Assembly (NCBI GenBank): GCA_007116445.1
Contig: SKIM01000024.1
Location: 1-39,199, forward strand
DNA length: 39,199 nucleotides
Direction: 5' to 3'
Origin: Natronohydrobacter sp.
Lineage (GTDB): Bacteria > Pseudomonadota > Alphaproteobacteria > Rhodobacterales > Rhodobacteraceae
Position numbers and translations under genes: made by a program. The notes below the pieces were generated by a model. That model was not told where the DNA came from. It ran no database searches and was given only the letters and a program-made list of their open reading frames with translations. Each line of letters begins with the position of its first letter. Within the stretch, counting starts at the first letter, position 1. Shown piece by piece: positions 17,899-28,069 of the stretch.

Positions 17899-18684
17899 CT
17901 AGCCGCGCAGCACCATTCGATAAAGGTGCCAACTCGCATGCCCCAGCACTGGAAGCGCGATCAGTAGGCCGAGGAAAGCCGGTAGCATTCCCACAAAAAG
18001 CAAGAGCGCGATGATCATGGCCCAAACCAGCATCGTGACCGGATTGACCATGACAACTTTGACCGATGTGATCATTGCGGTGATGAAGTCGAGTTCCCGA
18101 TCAAGCAGAAGTGGCAAGGACACAACTGTTAGCGCAAACAACACGGCAGCCATCGCGCCACCAATAATGCCCCCGACCAGCAGCATCATCAGGCCCGGCC
18201 CCGTCATCAACATCGCCAGTATCGAGCTTTCAATCGGACGCAGCCCGAAAAACAATGCAAAAATTGTATGGGCAACGAAGACCCAGAACATGAAGGCGAG
18301 CATGATCACCATCGCCATTGATGGTACTTGCCGATCCTTTTGCGCCAACACGCATCCCGCAACCGCCTTCCAGCTCAGCGGGGCACCTTGCTCAAGGCGA
18401 CGGCTGACTTCGTAAAGGCCCGTTGCCGCGAAAGGCGCAAGCAACGGAAATCCCACCGCGACAGGGATAAACCACCAGCTTTGCCCGGCGGCGACGAAGA
18501 CGGCATAAAGCACCAGCCCACCAAGCACATAGACCAGTGAAAAAGCCAGTCCAAAAACCGGAGCACGCTTGAAATCCGCAATCCCCAAGGCAAGCGCTCT
18601 GCGCAGATCCTCAACGGACACCTTGCTTGGCTCCGGCAGGGTCGACGCCGCAGGTTGTGGTGGCATCGTGGTTTGATCGCTCAT
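17899..18684 (-). CDS. DUF2189-family integral membrane protein (paralog 2)
   Basis: [59 protein letters not shown] before 18684. Confidence 0.88.
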   Translation of the reverse strand: MSDQTTMPPQPAASTLPEPSKVSVEDLRRALALGIADFKRAPVFGLAFSLVYVLGGLVLYAVFVAAGQSWWFIPVAVGFPLLAPFAATGLYEVSRRLEQGAPLSWKAVAGCVLAQKDRQVPSMAMVIMLAFMFWVFVAHTIFALFFGLRPIESSILAMLMTGPGLMMLLVGGIIGGAMAAVLFALTVVSLPLLLDRELDFITAMITSVKVVMVNPVTMLVWAMIIALLLFVGMLPAFLGLLIALPVLGHASWHLYRMVLRG

Positions 18685-18782
18685 GGTTGGCCTCCGGTTC
18701 TGGATGACCAACGATAAGGGTGCGACGAGTTGTCGCGCAAGCAAATTCGCGCGCGGACATCAAAACCGCGCGCGTCCCTGAC

Positions 18783-19556
18783 TCAGCCTGGCATTGCGCG
18801 CCGGTAAAGATGCCAGGTCGTATGGCCCAGAACTGGCAAGACGACAAACAGCCCAAGAAAAGCCGGGATCATCGCAGCGACGAGCAGGCCCGCAATCACC
18901 GCAGCCCAGACCAACATGACCTCGGGATTGTCCCGCACCACCTGCACGCTGGTGATCATGGCAGTGACGAAATCCACTTCGCGATCAAGCAGCATCGGCA
19001 GGCTGATCACCGTAATTGAATACAGCACGAGTGCCACGATCGCCCCGACCAGCGTTCCGATCAGCAGCATACTGATCCCAGCAGGGCTAACCAGAAGACC
19101 AAGACTGTCAAACCCTACCCCGCTGCGCGCCATGAAAATGGCGAAAATACCGCGGGCGAGAATGATCCAGAAACCGAAGATCAACAAGACGCCGATCGCC
19201 ACGAGGGCGAGTTGGCCATCCCCCCGGCCCTGCAAGGCGCCAAGGATCTTGCTCCATTCCAGAGCTTCCCCAGCCTCACGCCGGCGGCTGACTTCATAAA
19301 GTCCGATTGCAGCAAAAGGCGCAAAAAGTGGAAACCCGGCCGCAATGGGGATGAACCAGACCGGCTGCCCGGCGGCACCCAGACCGAACCACAACCCAAG
19401 CCCACCAAGGACATAGACAAGCGCGAAGAACAAACCGAAGGCGGGCGCGGCCTTGAAATCCTCCAACCCCGCGCGCAAGGCCACTTTCAGGTCATCCCTT
19501 TCCAGCTTATGCGCAGGAAGGGTTCCGGACGAAGATACAGCTGACATATCTGACAT
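18783..19556 (-). CDS. DUF2189-family integral membrane protein (paralog 1)
   Basis: [64 protein letters not shown]. Confidence 0.88.
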   Translation of the reverse strand: MSDMSAVSSSGTLPAHKLERDDLKVALRAGLEDFKAAPAFGLFFALVYVLGGLGLWFGLGAAGQPVWFIPIAAGFPLFAPFAAIGLYEVSRRREAGEALEWSKILGALQGRGDGQLALVAIGVLLIFGFWIILARGIFAIFMARSGVGFDSLGLLVSPAGISMLLIGTLVGAIVALVLYSITVISLPMLLDREVDFVTAMITSVQVVRDNPEVMLVWAAVIAGLLVAAMIPAFLGLFVVLPVLGHTTWHLYRRAMPG

Positions 19557-19656
19557 TAGGCAATCTCCTCCTCATGGACTGATTGCCATAAACTCTACTC
19601 CGCCGCGACTATATCTCAAGACATTTTGGCGTGACGTGCCCTTTAGAGCCCGCAGA

Positions 19657-20784
19657 TCAATCCCCTGCCGCAGCCTCGGCGCGGGATTTCCCGGCAACGT
19701 CCATCGCCAAAGTCGCGGCCATCAGCCCGTCCAATGCACCGTCCAGCACACCCTGAGTGTCCGAAGTCTCGAAATTGGTGCGCAAATCCTTGACCATCTG
19801 ATAAGGGTGCAGAACATAGGATCGGATCTGATTGCCCCAGCCCGCATCGCCCTTGGCATCATGTGCGGCCTCGATGGCTTCGGTGCGCTTGCGCAATTCC
19901 ATCTCATAAAGCCGTGATTTCAAGGCATTCATCGCGATTTCACGGTTCTGATGCTGTGATTTCTGGCTCGACGTGGTGACAATCCCGGTCGGGATATGCG
20001 TGATCCGCACGGCCGAGTCAGTGGTGTTGACATGCTGCCCGCCGGCGCCGGACGATCGATATGTGTCGATGCGGATATCGGACGGGTTGATTTCAATCTC
20101 GATATTCTCATCCACAACAGGATACACCCAAACCGAGCTGAACGATGTGTGCCTGCGCGCCGAGCTGTCATAAGGCGATATCCGCACCAACCGATGCACG
20201 CCCGATTCCGATTTGAGCCAGCCATAAGCGTTATGCCCGCTGATCTTGTAGGCAACCGAGCGAATGCCCGCTTCCTCGCCCGGGCTCTCGGACATCAACT
20301 CGACGGTATAGCCGCGCTTTTCGGCCCAGCGGACATACATCCGCGCCAGCATCGATGCCCAGTCGCAGCTTTCCGTGCCACCCGCACCAGCATTGATCTC
20401 AAGGAAGGTGTCATTGCTGTCCGCCTCGCCATTCAGCAGGGCCTCCAGTTCCTTTTCGGCGGCCAGTTTCGCAAGTCGCGCGATCTCGGCCTCGGCCTCG
20501 GCGACCACTTCTGCTTCGCCCTCCGCCTCGCCCAGCTCGATCATGCCAATCTGGTCTTCCAGCTCCTGCGACAGGCTGCGATAGGTCTCAAGCGCGTCCG
20601 AGAGCAGACGGCGATCACGCATCAACGCCTGAGCACGCGCCGGATCGTTCCACAGGTCCGGATTTTCCGACATGGCATCGAATTCTTCCAGCCGGTGCGG
20701 AGCCGTCTCGATCTCCATGCGCTGCCCCAATAGGACCAGCGATTTTCGAATGGCATCAATCTGGCTTTGCGTTTCAGCGCGCAT
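19657..20784 (-). CDS. prfB: Peptide chain release factor 2
   Basis: [22 protein letters not shown] (SPF-like tripeptide), [17 protein letters not shown]. Start MRAETQ at 20784, uninterrupted frame. Confidence 0.97.
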   Translation of the reverse strand: MRAETQSQIDAIRKSLVLLGQRMEIETAPHRLEEFDAMSENPDLWNDPARAQALMRDRRLLSDALETYRSLSQELEDQIGMIELGEAEGEAEVVAEAEAEIARLAKLAAEKELEALLNGEADSNDTFLEINAGAGGTESCDWASMLARMYVRWAEKRGYTVELMSESPGEEAGIRSVAYKISGHNAYGWLKSESGVHRLVRISPYDSSARRHTSFSSVWVYPVVDENIEIEINPSDIRIDTYRSSGAGGQHVNTTDSAVRITHIPTGIVTTSSQKSQHQNREIAMNALKSRLYEMELRKRTEAIEAAHDAKGDAGWGNQIRSYVLHPYQMVKDLRTNFETSDTQGVLDGALDGLMAATLAMDVAGKSRAEAAAGD

Positions 20785-20865
20785 ATTGTCTGACTCTTGG
20801 CTGAGGCTTCGGATCGCCGCGTGCATAGCCCGACAGATCGCGCGGGGCAAGCCGCTGCGCCCGGA

Positions 20866-23391
20866 TCAATACAAACCACCCGATGAAATCGTCCCGACAC
20901 TGGCAGGCGCACGCGGCAGTGTTCCGCGCCCCGCATCAGGACGGCTCAGCTCCTGATAGGTTTCTCCAGGCGTGAACATCGGCAATTCCGAGCCCAGCAT
21001 GGCGCCACCATCGATCACTGCGGCAAGGCCGAATACAGGCTCTACGCCTTCGCGGAAGAATTCCGACACTACATTCGGCCCAGTGGCATTATCGGGAAGG
21101 CGTGCGCCGGTGTTGCGGTCGATCTTGATGAAATACCCCCCCTCGGGCACTGCAAACCGCCCGCCGCCATATTTCTTCACAGCCTCGCGCATGAATTCAT
21201 TGAAAACCGGTCCGCACATGCTGCCCCCTGACGCACCGCGGCCTAGGGGGCGGGGCTGGTCGTAACCGATATAGCAGCCTGCGACGATGTTCGAGGTATA
21301 GCCCACGAACCATACATCCCGCGCCTCATTGGTGGTTCCGGTCTTGCCTGCGGCCGGCACCGGCAGATTGACGGTGCGCGCGGCCGTCCCGCTATCCACC
21401 GCGCCCTGCATCATCGAGGTCAGCTGATACGCTGTGACCGCATCCATCACGCGCGCGCGGCGATGCGTGATCCATGGCACGCGCCCGGCCGGAAGCGCAC
21501 GTTGATCGCAATCAACACAATTGCGCTGGTCGTGGCGGTAGATCGTTTCGCCCCATCGGTTCTGGACCCTGTCAACAAGCGTGGGCTCTACCCTTTCGCC
21601 ACCATTGGCGAACATCGCATAGGCCGCGACCATCCGGAACAGCGTGGTTTCCTGCGATCCCAGCGAGGCCGCAAGATTTTGCTGCGCACGGTCATAAACA
21701 CCGAAACGCTCGGCATATCCGCCGACGATGTCCATGCCGACTTCTTGTGCCAGCCGCACTGTCATCAGGTTGCGCGACATTTCCAGCCCCCGCCGGATCG
21801 GGGTCGGACCGTAAAACTGGTTCGAGGCATTGGTTGGTCGCCACACCCCCTGTGGGGTCGCAACTTCAATCGGGCCATCGACGATGATCGTCGCCGGCGT
21901 AAATCCGCGGTCAAGCGCTGCAGCATAGACAAAGGGCTTGAAGGCCGAACCTGGCTGACGCTGCGCTTGCGTGGCGCGATTGAACACTGAATGCTGATAG
22001 GAAAAACCGCCCTGCATCGCAATCACGCGACCAGTATTGACATCCATCGCCATGAACCCGCCCTGGACATTCGGGATCTGGCGCAGTGACCAGCGGATAT
22101 GGCTTCCATCGCTGTCCGAGGTCACGCGACGCACATAGACGACATCTCCGACATTCAGATTATCTGCCAGCGAGCCGCGCGCCCAGCTGATATCCGAACG
22201 TTCGACGATATGCGGCGCATGATAGTCGGGACGGACCCCCTCGATCCCCAAACGGGCCTGATTGGCGTTGACCTCCATCACCACGGCTGGATACCAGCGA
22301 TTGCCGAGCGTCACGTCGCGCGCCAGTTCCATCCGCGCAAGAGCGGCGCGCCAGGCGTCGTCTTCGTCCAGAAGTTCAGGGGCGATCACTTCGCCCGTGG
22401 TGCGCAACCGCCCCAGCCCGCGGTCATATTGTTCAAGCGCGCGCTGCAGTGCATGGGCCGCATGCACCTGCATTTCAGGATCAATCGTGGCACGGATCGA
22501 AAGCCCCCCGGCGAAGAATTCATCCTCGCCGAATGTCCCTGACAACTGTCTGCGCACTTCATCAGTGAAATAATCGCGTGGCGGCAAGCTCGCCCGCGGA
22601 TTGGGAAAATCCCCTGACTGCACGGTCAGCAGCGGTTGTGCACGCGCCGCATCATGCTCGGCCCGGCTGATAAAGCCGTTGCGCAGCATTTCCCCCAGCA
22701 CATAATTGCGCCGTGCCACAACGCGATCACGGTTGCGCACGGGATGAAAGGTTGACGGCGCTTGCGGCAGCGCAGCGAGAAACGCGGTTTCGTGCAGCTC
22801 CAACTCATCCAACGTCGTGTTGAAATAGGTCTGCGCAGCCGCGGTGACACCATAGGAATTCTGGCCGAGGAAAATCTCGTTCAGATAGAGTTCCAGGATC
22901 TGATCCTTGCTCAGCGTCTGCTCGACCCTGCTCGCGAGGATCAACTCCTTGATCTTGCGCTCGCCCGTGCGGTCCCCGGAAAGAAGGAAATTTTTCATCA
23001 CCTGCTGCGTGATGGTCGACGCCCCGCGCAGGTTCTCCCCACGCGAAACCAGCGCCTCATAGGCGGCCACGGCGATCGCGCGACTGTCAAAACCGGTATG
23101 GACATAAAAGTTGCGGTCTTCTGCAGCGATGAACGCATTCCTCACCTGCTCGGGAATGTCGTCGATCGGCGTGAACAAGCGCCGCTCTATGGCGAATTCA
23201 TCAATCAGACGCCCTTCGCCAGAGTAAATCCGGCTGATCGTGGGAGGGGCATAGCTCGCCAGTTGCTCATGGCTGGGCAGATCCTGACTGTAGAACCAGA
23301 AAACGCCGCCTATGGCCACGGCAAGAAATACAGTCCCCGTGATGGCGAAGCTGAATACGCCGCCGAAAAATGATAGAATCGCTCGCAGCAC
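20866..23391 (-). CDS. mrcA: Class A penicillin-binding protein 1A
   Basis: Transglycosylase EDRNF, GASTITQQ, RKIKE. Transpeptidase RQPGSAFK (SxxK), SRN, KTG. N-terminal TM anchor. GTG start at 23391 after GGGAG. Confidence 0.93.
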   Translation of the reverse strand: MLRAILSFFGGVFSFAITGTVFLAVAIGGVFWFYSQDLPSHEQLASYAPPTISRIYSGEGRLIDEFAIERRLFTPIDDIPEQVRNAFIAAEDRNFYVHTGFDSRAIAVAAYEALVSRGENLRGASTITQQVMKNFLLSGDRTGERKIKELILASRVEQTLSKDQILELYLNEIFLGQNSYGVTAAAQTYFNTTLDELELHETAFLAALPQAPSTFHPVRNRDRVVARRNYVLGEMLRNGFISRAEHDAARAQPLLTVQSGDFPNPRASLPPRDYFTDEVRRQLSGTFGEDEFFAGGLSIRATIDPEMQVHAAHALQRALEQYDRGLGRLRTTGEVIAPELLDEDDAWRAALARMELARDVTLGNRWYPAVVMEVNANQARLGIEGVRPDYHAPHIVERSDISWARGSLADNLNVGDVVYVRRVTSDSDGSHIRWSLRQIPNVQGGFMAMDVNTGRVIAMQGGFSYQHSVFNRATQAQRQPGSAFKPFVYAAALDRGFTPATIIVDGPIEVATPQGVWRPTNASNQFYGPTPIRRGLEMSRNLMTVRLAQEVGMDIVGGYAERFGVYDRAQQNLAASLGSQETTLFRMVAAYAMFANGGERVEPTLVDRVQNRWGETIYRHDQRNCVDCDQRALPAGRVPWITHRRARVMDAVTAYQLTSMMQGAVDSGTAARTVNLPVPAAGKTGTTNEARDVWFVGYTSNIVAGCYIGYDQPRPLGRGASGGSMCGPVFNEFMREAVKKYGGGRFAVPEGGYFIKIDRNTGARLPDNATGPNVVSEFFREGVEPVFGLAAVIDGGAMLGSELPMFTPGETYQELSRPDAGRGTLPRAPASVGTISSGGLY

Positions 23392-23514
23392 TGGCCACTC
23401 CCATCTCAGGCGCCCTGTATAGTCCGTAACGCACCGGAGGTCAAAAAAGCCCTGCAAAGCCATCACTGTTACGTGACGTTTGCACCGCAAGCCGTGTAAG
23501 ACGATATCGGCTGA

Positions 23515-24774
23515 TCAGCGGCGGCGCAAGGCGTTGTCATGCATATCCTGCGCGTGCCAGGCTTCCAGCGCGTCAGCAAGAGCCTCGGCCATACGCTTGC
23601 CCCATTCGGGATCGCGCAAATTGGCGAGATCGCGCGGACTGGACATGAAGCCCAGCTCGATCAGGACAGACGGCATGTCGACCGCACGCAGAACGGTAAA
23701 CGCACCGGACTGGATCGGGCGCCGATGCAGACGCAGACCGGACGCCTGAACCCCGTCGACCAGCGCTTCCGCAAGGACACGGGCACGCGGCGCAGTATCC
23801 TGCCAGGCGACCGACATCAGCACCCGCGCGATCTCGTCGGTGTTGCGCGTCAAATCGACCCCGCTGAGCATATCCGCGCGATCGTGACGTTCGGCCAGAT
23901 ACGCGGCAGACGCGTCGCTGGCTTCATCTCCGAGCAGATAAAAGACAGCCCCTGATGCCAGGCCTTCAGGCAGCGCATCAGCATGGATGGACAGAAAAAC
24001 ATCCGCAGAGGCGGCGCGCGCGGCGCGCACACGCCCGTCCAGCGAGACAAATACATCGGCGTCGCGCGTCATGGCCACGTCGAAAGTTCCGCGCCGCAAC
24101 AGCACCTCACGCAGCTGTCGCGAAAAGCGCAGCACGATATCGGCTTCGCGCACCCCGTCGCGTTCGGCACCGGGGTCACGCCCTCCATGTCCCGGATCGA
24201 GCATCACCACCGGCCTGCGTGGGGCCAGTGGGAGAGCCCGCCTCTCAGTGGGGCTGTCAGGGCGCAAGAAGCCCGCACTGCTGCGGGCAATCAGACTGTT
24301 TTCGCTCTGCGCGAATTGCTCGAATTCATCCAGTTTGGCAGTCCGCAGTGCCAAACTGATGCGGGCGGCCCCGCGCTCTGTGTCCACCGTCTGCTCTGAC
24401 GTCTCAAGGATCAGAGGCTGTGCAAGATCCATTACCAGCCGCGCCCAGCCATCGGGCAGGATTCCATGGCGCACGGCCTTCACTGCCGGCAGATCCTGCA
24501 GTCGCGCGACCCTGCCTGCATCCCCCCAGACCACGGTGTTGAGGTCAAGCACCAGACGCGGCGGCGATGACAGAACGCGCAACCGGTAGGGAACCGGCTG
24601 GCTCAGTGAGAGCTCGATCGAGACGCGGGCGTCCCGCGACTGCCCGGCGATATCGGTCAGCCGCGCCTGGACCCCGAAACCGCCCTGTGCCGATGCCATA
24701 CCGGACAACGCCACAAGCCCAAGGACAGCCAGCACCCCTTGCCGCAACCATCGTATCATTGCACGCCTGAGCAC
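23515..24774 (-). CDS. amiC: N-acetylmuramoyl-L-alanine amidase (AmiC-like, AMIN + Amidase_3)
   Basis: VMLDPGHGGRDPGA, FLSIHAD, SVLIELGF. PPRLVLDL AMIN-like segment and a signal peptide. Confidence 0.88.
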   Translation of the reverse strand: MLRRAMIRWLRQGVLAVLGLVALSGMASAQGGFGVQARLTDIAGQSRDARVSIELSLSQPVPYRLRVLSSPPRLVLDLNTVVWGDAGRVARLQDLPAVKAVRHGILPDGWARLVMDLAQPLILETSEQTVDTERGAARISLALRTAKLDEFEQFAQSENSLIARSSAGFLRPDSPTERRALPLAPRRPVVMLDPGHGGRDPGAERDGVREADIVLRFSRQLREVLLRRGTFDVAMTRDADVFVSLDGRVRAARAASADVFLSIHADALPEGLASGAVFYLLGDEASDASAAYLAERHDRADMLSGVDLTRNTDEIARVLMSVAWQDTAPRARVLAEALVDGVQASGLRLHRRPIQSGAFTVLRAVDMPSVLIELGFMSSPRDLANLRDPEWGKRMAEALADALEAWHAQDMHDNALRRR

Positions 24775-25009
24775 ATCCTGCCTCTATCGTTTATCCTGCC
24801 GGCTGCAGACTATCCCGGACGGCGCTGACAGAAAACTGCAATCATTGCCTGCGCAGCGGCAAAAAACGTTCACGATGTCGAAAGCGACACTCTGCCTCTA
24901 TCGAGAGACTTGATTCCCGGCGCTCTGCGCGATTTAAGACGGGGCGAGAAAGACACGCCGCACGGATCGCATCTGCCCGGTGGCGCAATCAGAACACAGG
25001 AGCTGCACC

Positions 25010-25870
25010 ATGTCCCTTCCGCTGTCCGATTCCGCCCTTGTTGGCACATGCCTCGCGGCATCTGCGCTGGGTCTTCTGGTTCTGACCTCATCGGGGGGCA
25101 GCAGCAATCCGCCGCCCACTCAGACTGCGAGCAGTGCCACGCAGGCAGAACCCGCAAGCAGTAGTGATGCGCTTGCGCAACTCGGCGCGACGCCGGTGGG
25201 CGAAATGGTGAGCGTCGATGCGGAATTCGGGGAACAGGTGCGCAGCTACCTGTTGCAGAACCCCGAAGTCATTTTCGAGGCCGTGGCCGCGTTTGAATCG
25301 CGCAACGCTGAAATGCAGGCCGATATGGATCGCGCTGTGTTGGCCGCCAACGAAGATGCGCTGTTCCATGACACTAATTCCTGGGTCGGCGGCAATCCCG
25401 ACGGGGATGTGTCGCTGGTGGCGTTCATCGATTACCGTTGCGGTTTTTGCAAACGCGCGCATGACGAATTGGAAGCCTTGCTGGAAACTGACGACAATCT
25501 GCGGCTTATCGTGAAGGAATTCCCCATCCTTGGACCTGAGTCAGAGATGTCATCACGCTTTGCAATCGCGGCCCTGGCGCTGGGTGGGGACGACGTCTAT
25601 GCGTCTGTCCACGATCAACTGATGCGCCATGATGGCGACATCACCCCGGATTTCCTCGAAGATCTGGCCAGCGACGTCGGGCTCGAAGCCGAGACTGTCT
25701 TTGCGGAGATGAGCAGTCAGCATGTCAGCGACGTGATCGCAGCAAATTATGCGCTGGCGCAGCGCCTGCAGATCAGCGGCACCCCGACATTCGTGCTCGA
25801 AGATGAGATGATTCGTGGCTATGTCGATGCGGATGTGCTGCGCGAGATGATCATGGCACAGCGCGACTGA
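25010..25870 (+). CDS. DsbA-family thiol-disulfide oxidoreductase (ScsC/Com1-like)
   Basis: DYRCGFCK (CxxC), KEFPILG, cis-Pro loop ISGTPTF, helical VRSYLLQNPEV segment. RBS CAGGAG before 25010. Confidence 0.9.
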   Translation: MSLPLSDSALVGTCLAASALGLLVLTSSGGSSNPPPTQTASSATQAEPASSSDALAQLGATPVGEMVSVDAEFGEQVRSYLLQNPEVIFEAVAAFESRNAEMQADMDRAVLAANEDALFHDTNSWVGGNPDGDVSLVAFIDYRCGFCKRAHDELEALLETDDNLRLIVKEFPILGPESEMSSRFAIAALALGGDDVYASVHDQLMRHDGDITPDFLEDLASDVGLEAETVFAEMSSQHVSDVIAANYALAQRLQISGTPTFVLEDEMIRGYVDADVLREMIMAQRD

Positions 25871-25897
25871 TCAGGCTGCACTCTGACAATAAGCATG

Positions 25898-25931
25898 AAG
25901 CCGCAGGCAGAACCTGCGGCTTTACCTTTTT
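25898..25931 (+). terminator. Rho-independent terminator between convergent dsbA and thrS
   Basis: AAGCCGCAGG-CAGAA-CCTGCGGCTT followed by TACCTTTTT. Confidence 0.7.
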
Positions 25932-25982
25932 GTGCAGCATGTCGCCACCCGGCGTCGCCGGGAGACGCCGCCTGCGACCCCG

Positions 25983-27932
25983 TCACGCCCGCTGATCTGG
26001 AGGCGTTGCTTCACGGGCAAGCACCTGCAGCAGATCGTCGAGCGCTTCAGTCGATGTGCGGTTCTCGCCCAGACGCCGGACGGACACTGTGCGCTCAGCA
26101 ACTTCACGCGCTCCGATGGCCAGGATCACCGGCACCTTTCGCAGACTGTGATCGCGCACCTTATAGTTGATTTTCTCGTTGCGCAAATCCAGCTCTGCCC
26201 GAATTCCCGCGCCTTGCAGGGCCGCCACCACCTCGCGGCAATAGTCATCTGCATCCGAGATGATCGAGGCCACGACGATCTGACGCGGGGCCAGCCAGAA
26301 CGGCAACTTACCCGCATGTTCCTCGATCAGGATGCCGATGAAGCGCTCGAAACTTCCCAGCACAGCCCGATGCAGCATCACGGGACGATGTTTGGCACCA
26401 TCCGCACCGATATAGGTCGCGTCCAACCGCTCGGGCAGCACGAAATCAACCTGCAGCGTCCCGCATTGCCAGTCGCGCCCGATCGCATCGGTCAGCACGA
26501 ACTCAAGCTTTGGACCGTAAAACGCCCCTTCACCGGGGTTTTCCTCATACGCGTAACCCGCCGCCTCGGTAGCCGCGCGCAAGGCGTTCTCGGATTTGTC
26601 CCAGACCTCATCCGCGCCCGCGCGTGTCTCCGGTCGGTCGGAGAATTTCACGCGGAACTTCTCAAAGCCCAGATCGTGGTAGATGCTGGACAGAAACTCG
26701 ATGAAACGCTTCGTCTCGGCCTCAATCTGATCCTCGGTGCAAAAGATATGCGCGTCGTCCTGTGTGAAGCCGCGCACGCGCATGATCCCGTGCAGCGCGC
26801 CAGAGGGCTCATAGCGGTTGCACGATCCGAACTCGGCCATGCGCAGCGGCAGGTCACGGTAGCTTTTCAACCCCACGTTGAAAATCTGCACATGGCAGGG
26901 ACAATTCATCGGCTTGAGCGCATTGATCGCCTTTTCGCGGGCATGCTCCTCGTCGACTTCGACGATGAACATGTTTTCCTGATACTTCTCCCAATGTCCC
27001 GAGGCTTCCCAGAGCTTGCGGTCCACCACCTGCGGCGTGTTCACTTCGACATAGCCACCGCGCCGTTGCTGGCGGCGCATGTAATCCTGCAAGTTGGTAT
27101 AGATCGACCAGCCATTGGGATGCCAGAACACCTGCCCCGGTGCTTCCTCTTGCATGTGGAACAGGTCCATCTCACGCCCGAGCTTGCGATGGTCGCGCTT
27201 TGCCGCCTCCTCCAGCATCGTCAGATGCGCTTTCAGATCCTCGCGGTTGCGGAAGGCGACACCATAGATGCGCTGCAACATGGGCCGCGTGTTGTCGCCC
27301 AGCCAATAGGCGCCCGCAATCGACATTAGCTTGAACGCATCAGCTGGCACCTGCCCGGTGCTTTGCAGATGCGGACCACGGCAGAGATCCTGCCAGTCGC
27401 CATGCCAATACATCCGCAACGGCTCGCCTTCGGGGATGCGGTCGATCAGTTCCAGCTTGAAGGGCTCGCCCGCGTCCTTGTAATGCTGGATCGCGCGGTC
27501 GCGCTCCCAGACCTCTGTGCGCACCGGCTCGCGGGCATTGATGATCTGGCGCATGCGCTCCTCGATCTGCGCAAGATCCTCGGGCACAAAAGGCTCGGCG
27601 CGGTCGAAGTCGTAAAACCAGCCCTTGTCACGCACAGGGCCAATGGTGACCTTCACATCGGGCCAGATCTCCTGCACGGCGCGCGCCATGATATGCGCAA
27701 GATCATGGCGGATCAGCTCCAGCGCGGGCACATCATCCTTCATCGTATGGATGGCAATGGTGCCATCGGTCGTGATCGGCCATTGCAGATCCCAATGCGC
27801 ACCATTGACGCTCGCGGAAATCGCGCGTTTGGCGAGGGACGGCGCGATGCTCTCGGCGACTTGCGCAGGCGTCACGCCCGCCTCATAGTCGCGCACGGAG
27901 CCATCGGGAAATGTCAGGGAAATCTGGGCCAT
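25983..27932 (-). CDS. thrS: Threonine--tRNA ligase
   Basis: TGS domain, editing-domain RHDLAH and [49 protein letters not shown]. Start [11 protein letters not shown] at 27932 after GAGGA. Confidence 0.98.
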   Translation of the reverse strand: MAQISLTFPDGSVRDYEAGVTPAQVAESIAPSLAKRAISASVNGAHWDLQWPITTDGTIAIHTMKDDVPALELIRHDLAHIMARAVQEIWPDVKVTIGPVRDKGWFYDFDRAEPFVPEDLAQIEERMRQIINAREPVRTEVWERDRAIQHYKDAGEPFKLELIDRIPEGEPLRMYWHGDWQDLCRGPHLQSTGQVPADAFKLMSIAGAYWLGDNTRPMLQRIYGVAFRNREDLKAHLTMLEEAAKRDHRKLGREMDLFHMQEEAPGQVFWHPNGWSIYTNLQDYMRRQQRRGGYVEVNTPQVVDRKLWEASGHWEKYQENMFIVEVDEEHAREKAINALKPMNCPCHVQIFNVGLKSYRDLPLRMAEFGSCNRYEPSGALHGIMRVRGFTQDDAHIFCTEDQIEAETKRFIEFLSSIYHDLGFEKFRVKFSDRPETRAGADEVWDKSENALRAATEAAGYAYEENPGEGAFYGPKLEFVLTDAIGRDWQCGTLQVDFVLPERLDATYIGADGAKHRPVMLHRAVLGSFERFIGILIEEHAGKLPFWLAPRQIVVASIISDADDYCREVVAALQGAGIRAELDLRNEKINYKVRDHSLRKVPVILAIGAREVAERTVSVRRLGENRTSTEALDDLLQVLAREATPPDQRA

Positions 27933-27952
27933 CGGCCGGTCCTCGTCGTTTT

Positions 27953-27979
27953 GGCGCCCACGGAACGCCCGGTTGCGGG
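27953..27979 (-). promoter_or_regulatory. thrS 5' leader stem-loop(s), candidate tRNA-Thr anticodon-arm mimic
   Basis: Minus strand CCCGCAACCG-GGCGT-TC-CGT-GG-GCGCC, 8 nt upstream of the GAGGA RBS. Confidence 0.55.
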
Positions 27980-27992
27980 TTATGTCGGCGCT

Positions 27993-28022
27993 GTTAATCG
28001 CGGGCTGGGGAACCAAAGTCAA
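27993..28022 (-). promoter_or_regulatory. Putative sigma70 promoter of thrS
   Basis: TTGACT (-35, 28022-28017) followed after about 17-18 nt by GATTAAC. Confidence 0.45.
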
Positions 28023-28069
28023 GGCGGTTACGTTAACTCGGTCGCGCGCAGATGTCGAAGGAGCCACAT

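Noticed and set aside
25932-27329. 465-aa plus-strand ORF and similar ORFs opposite thrS, proS, prfB and the ABC genes
   Set aside because: They mirror well-supported genes on the other strand and have no recognisable domains.
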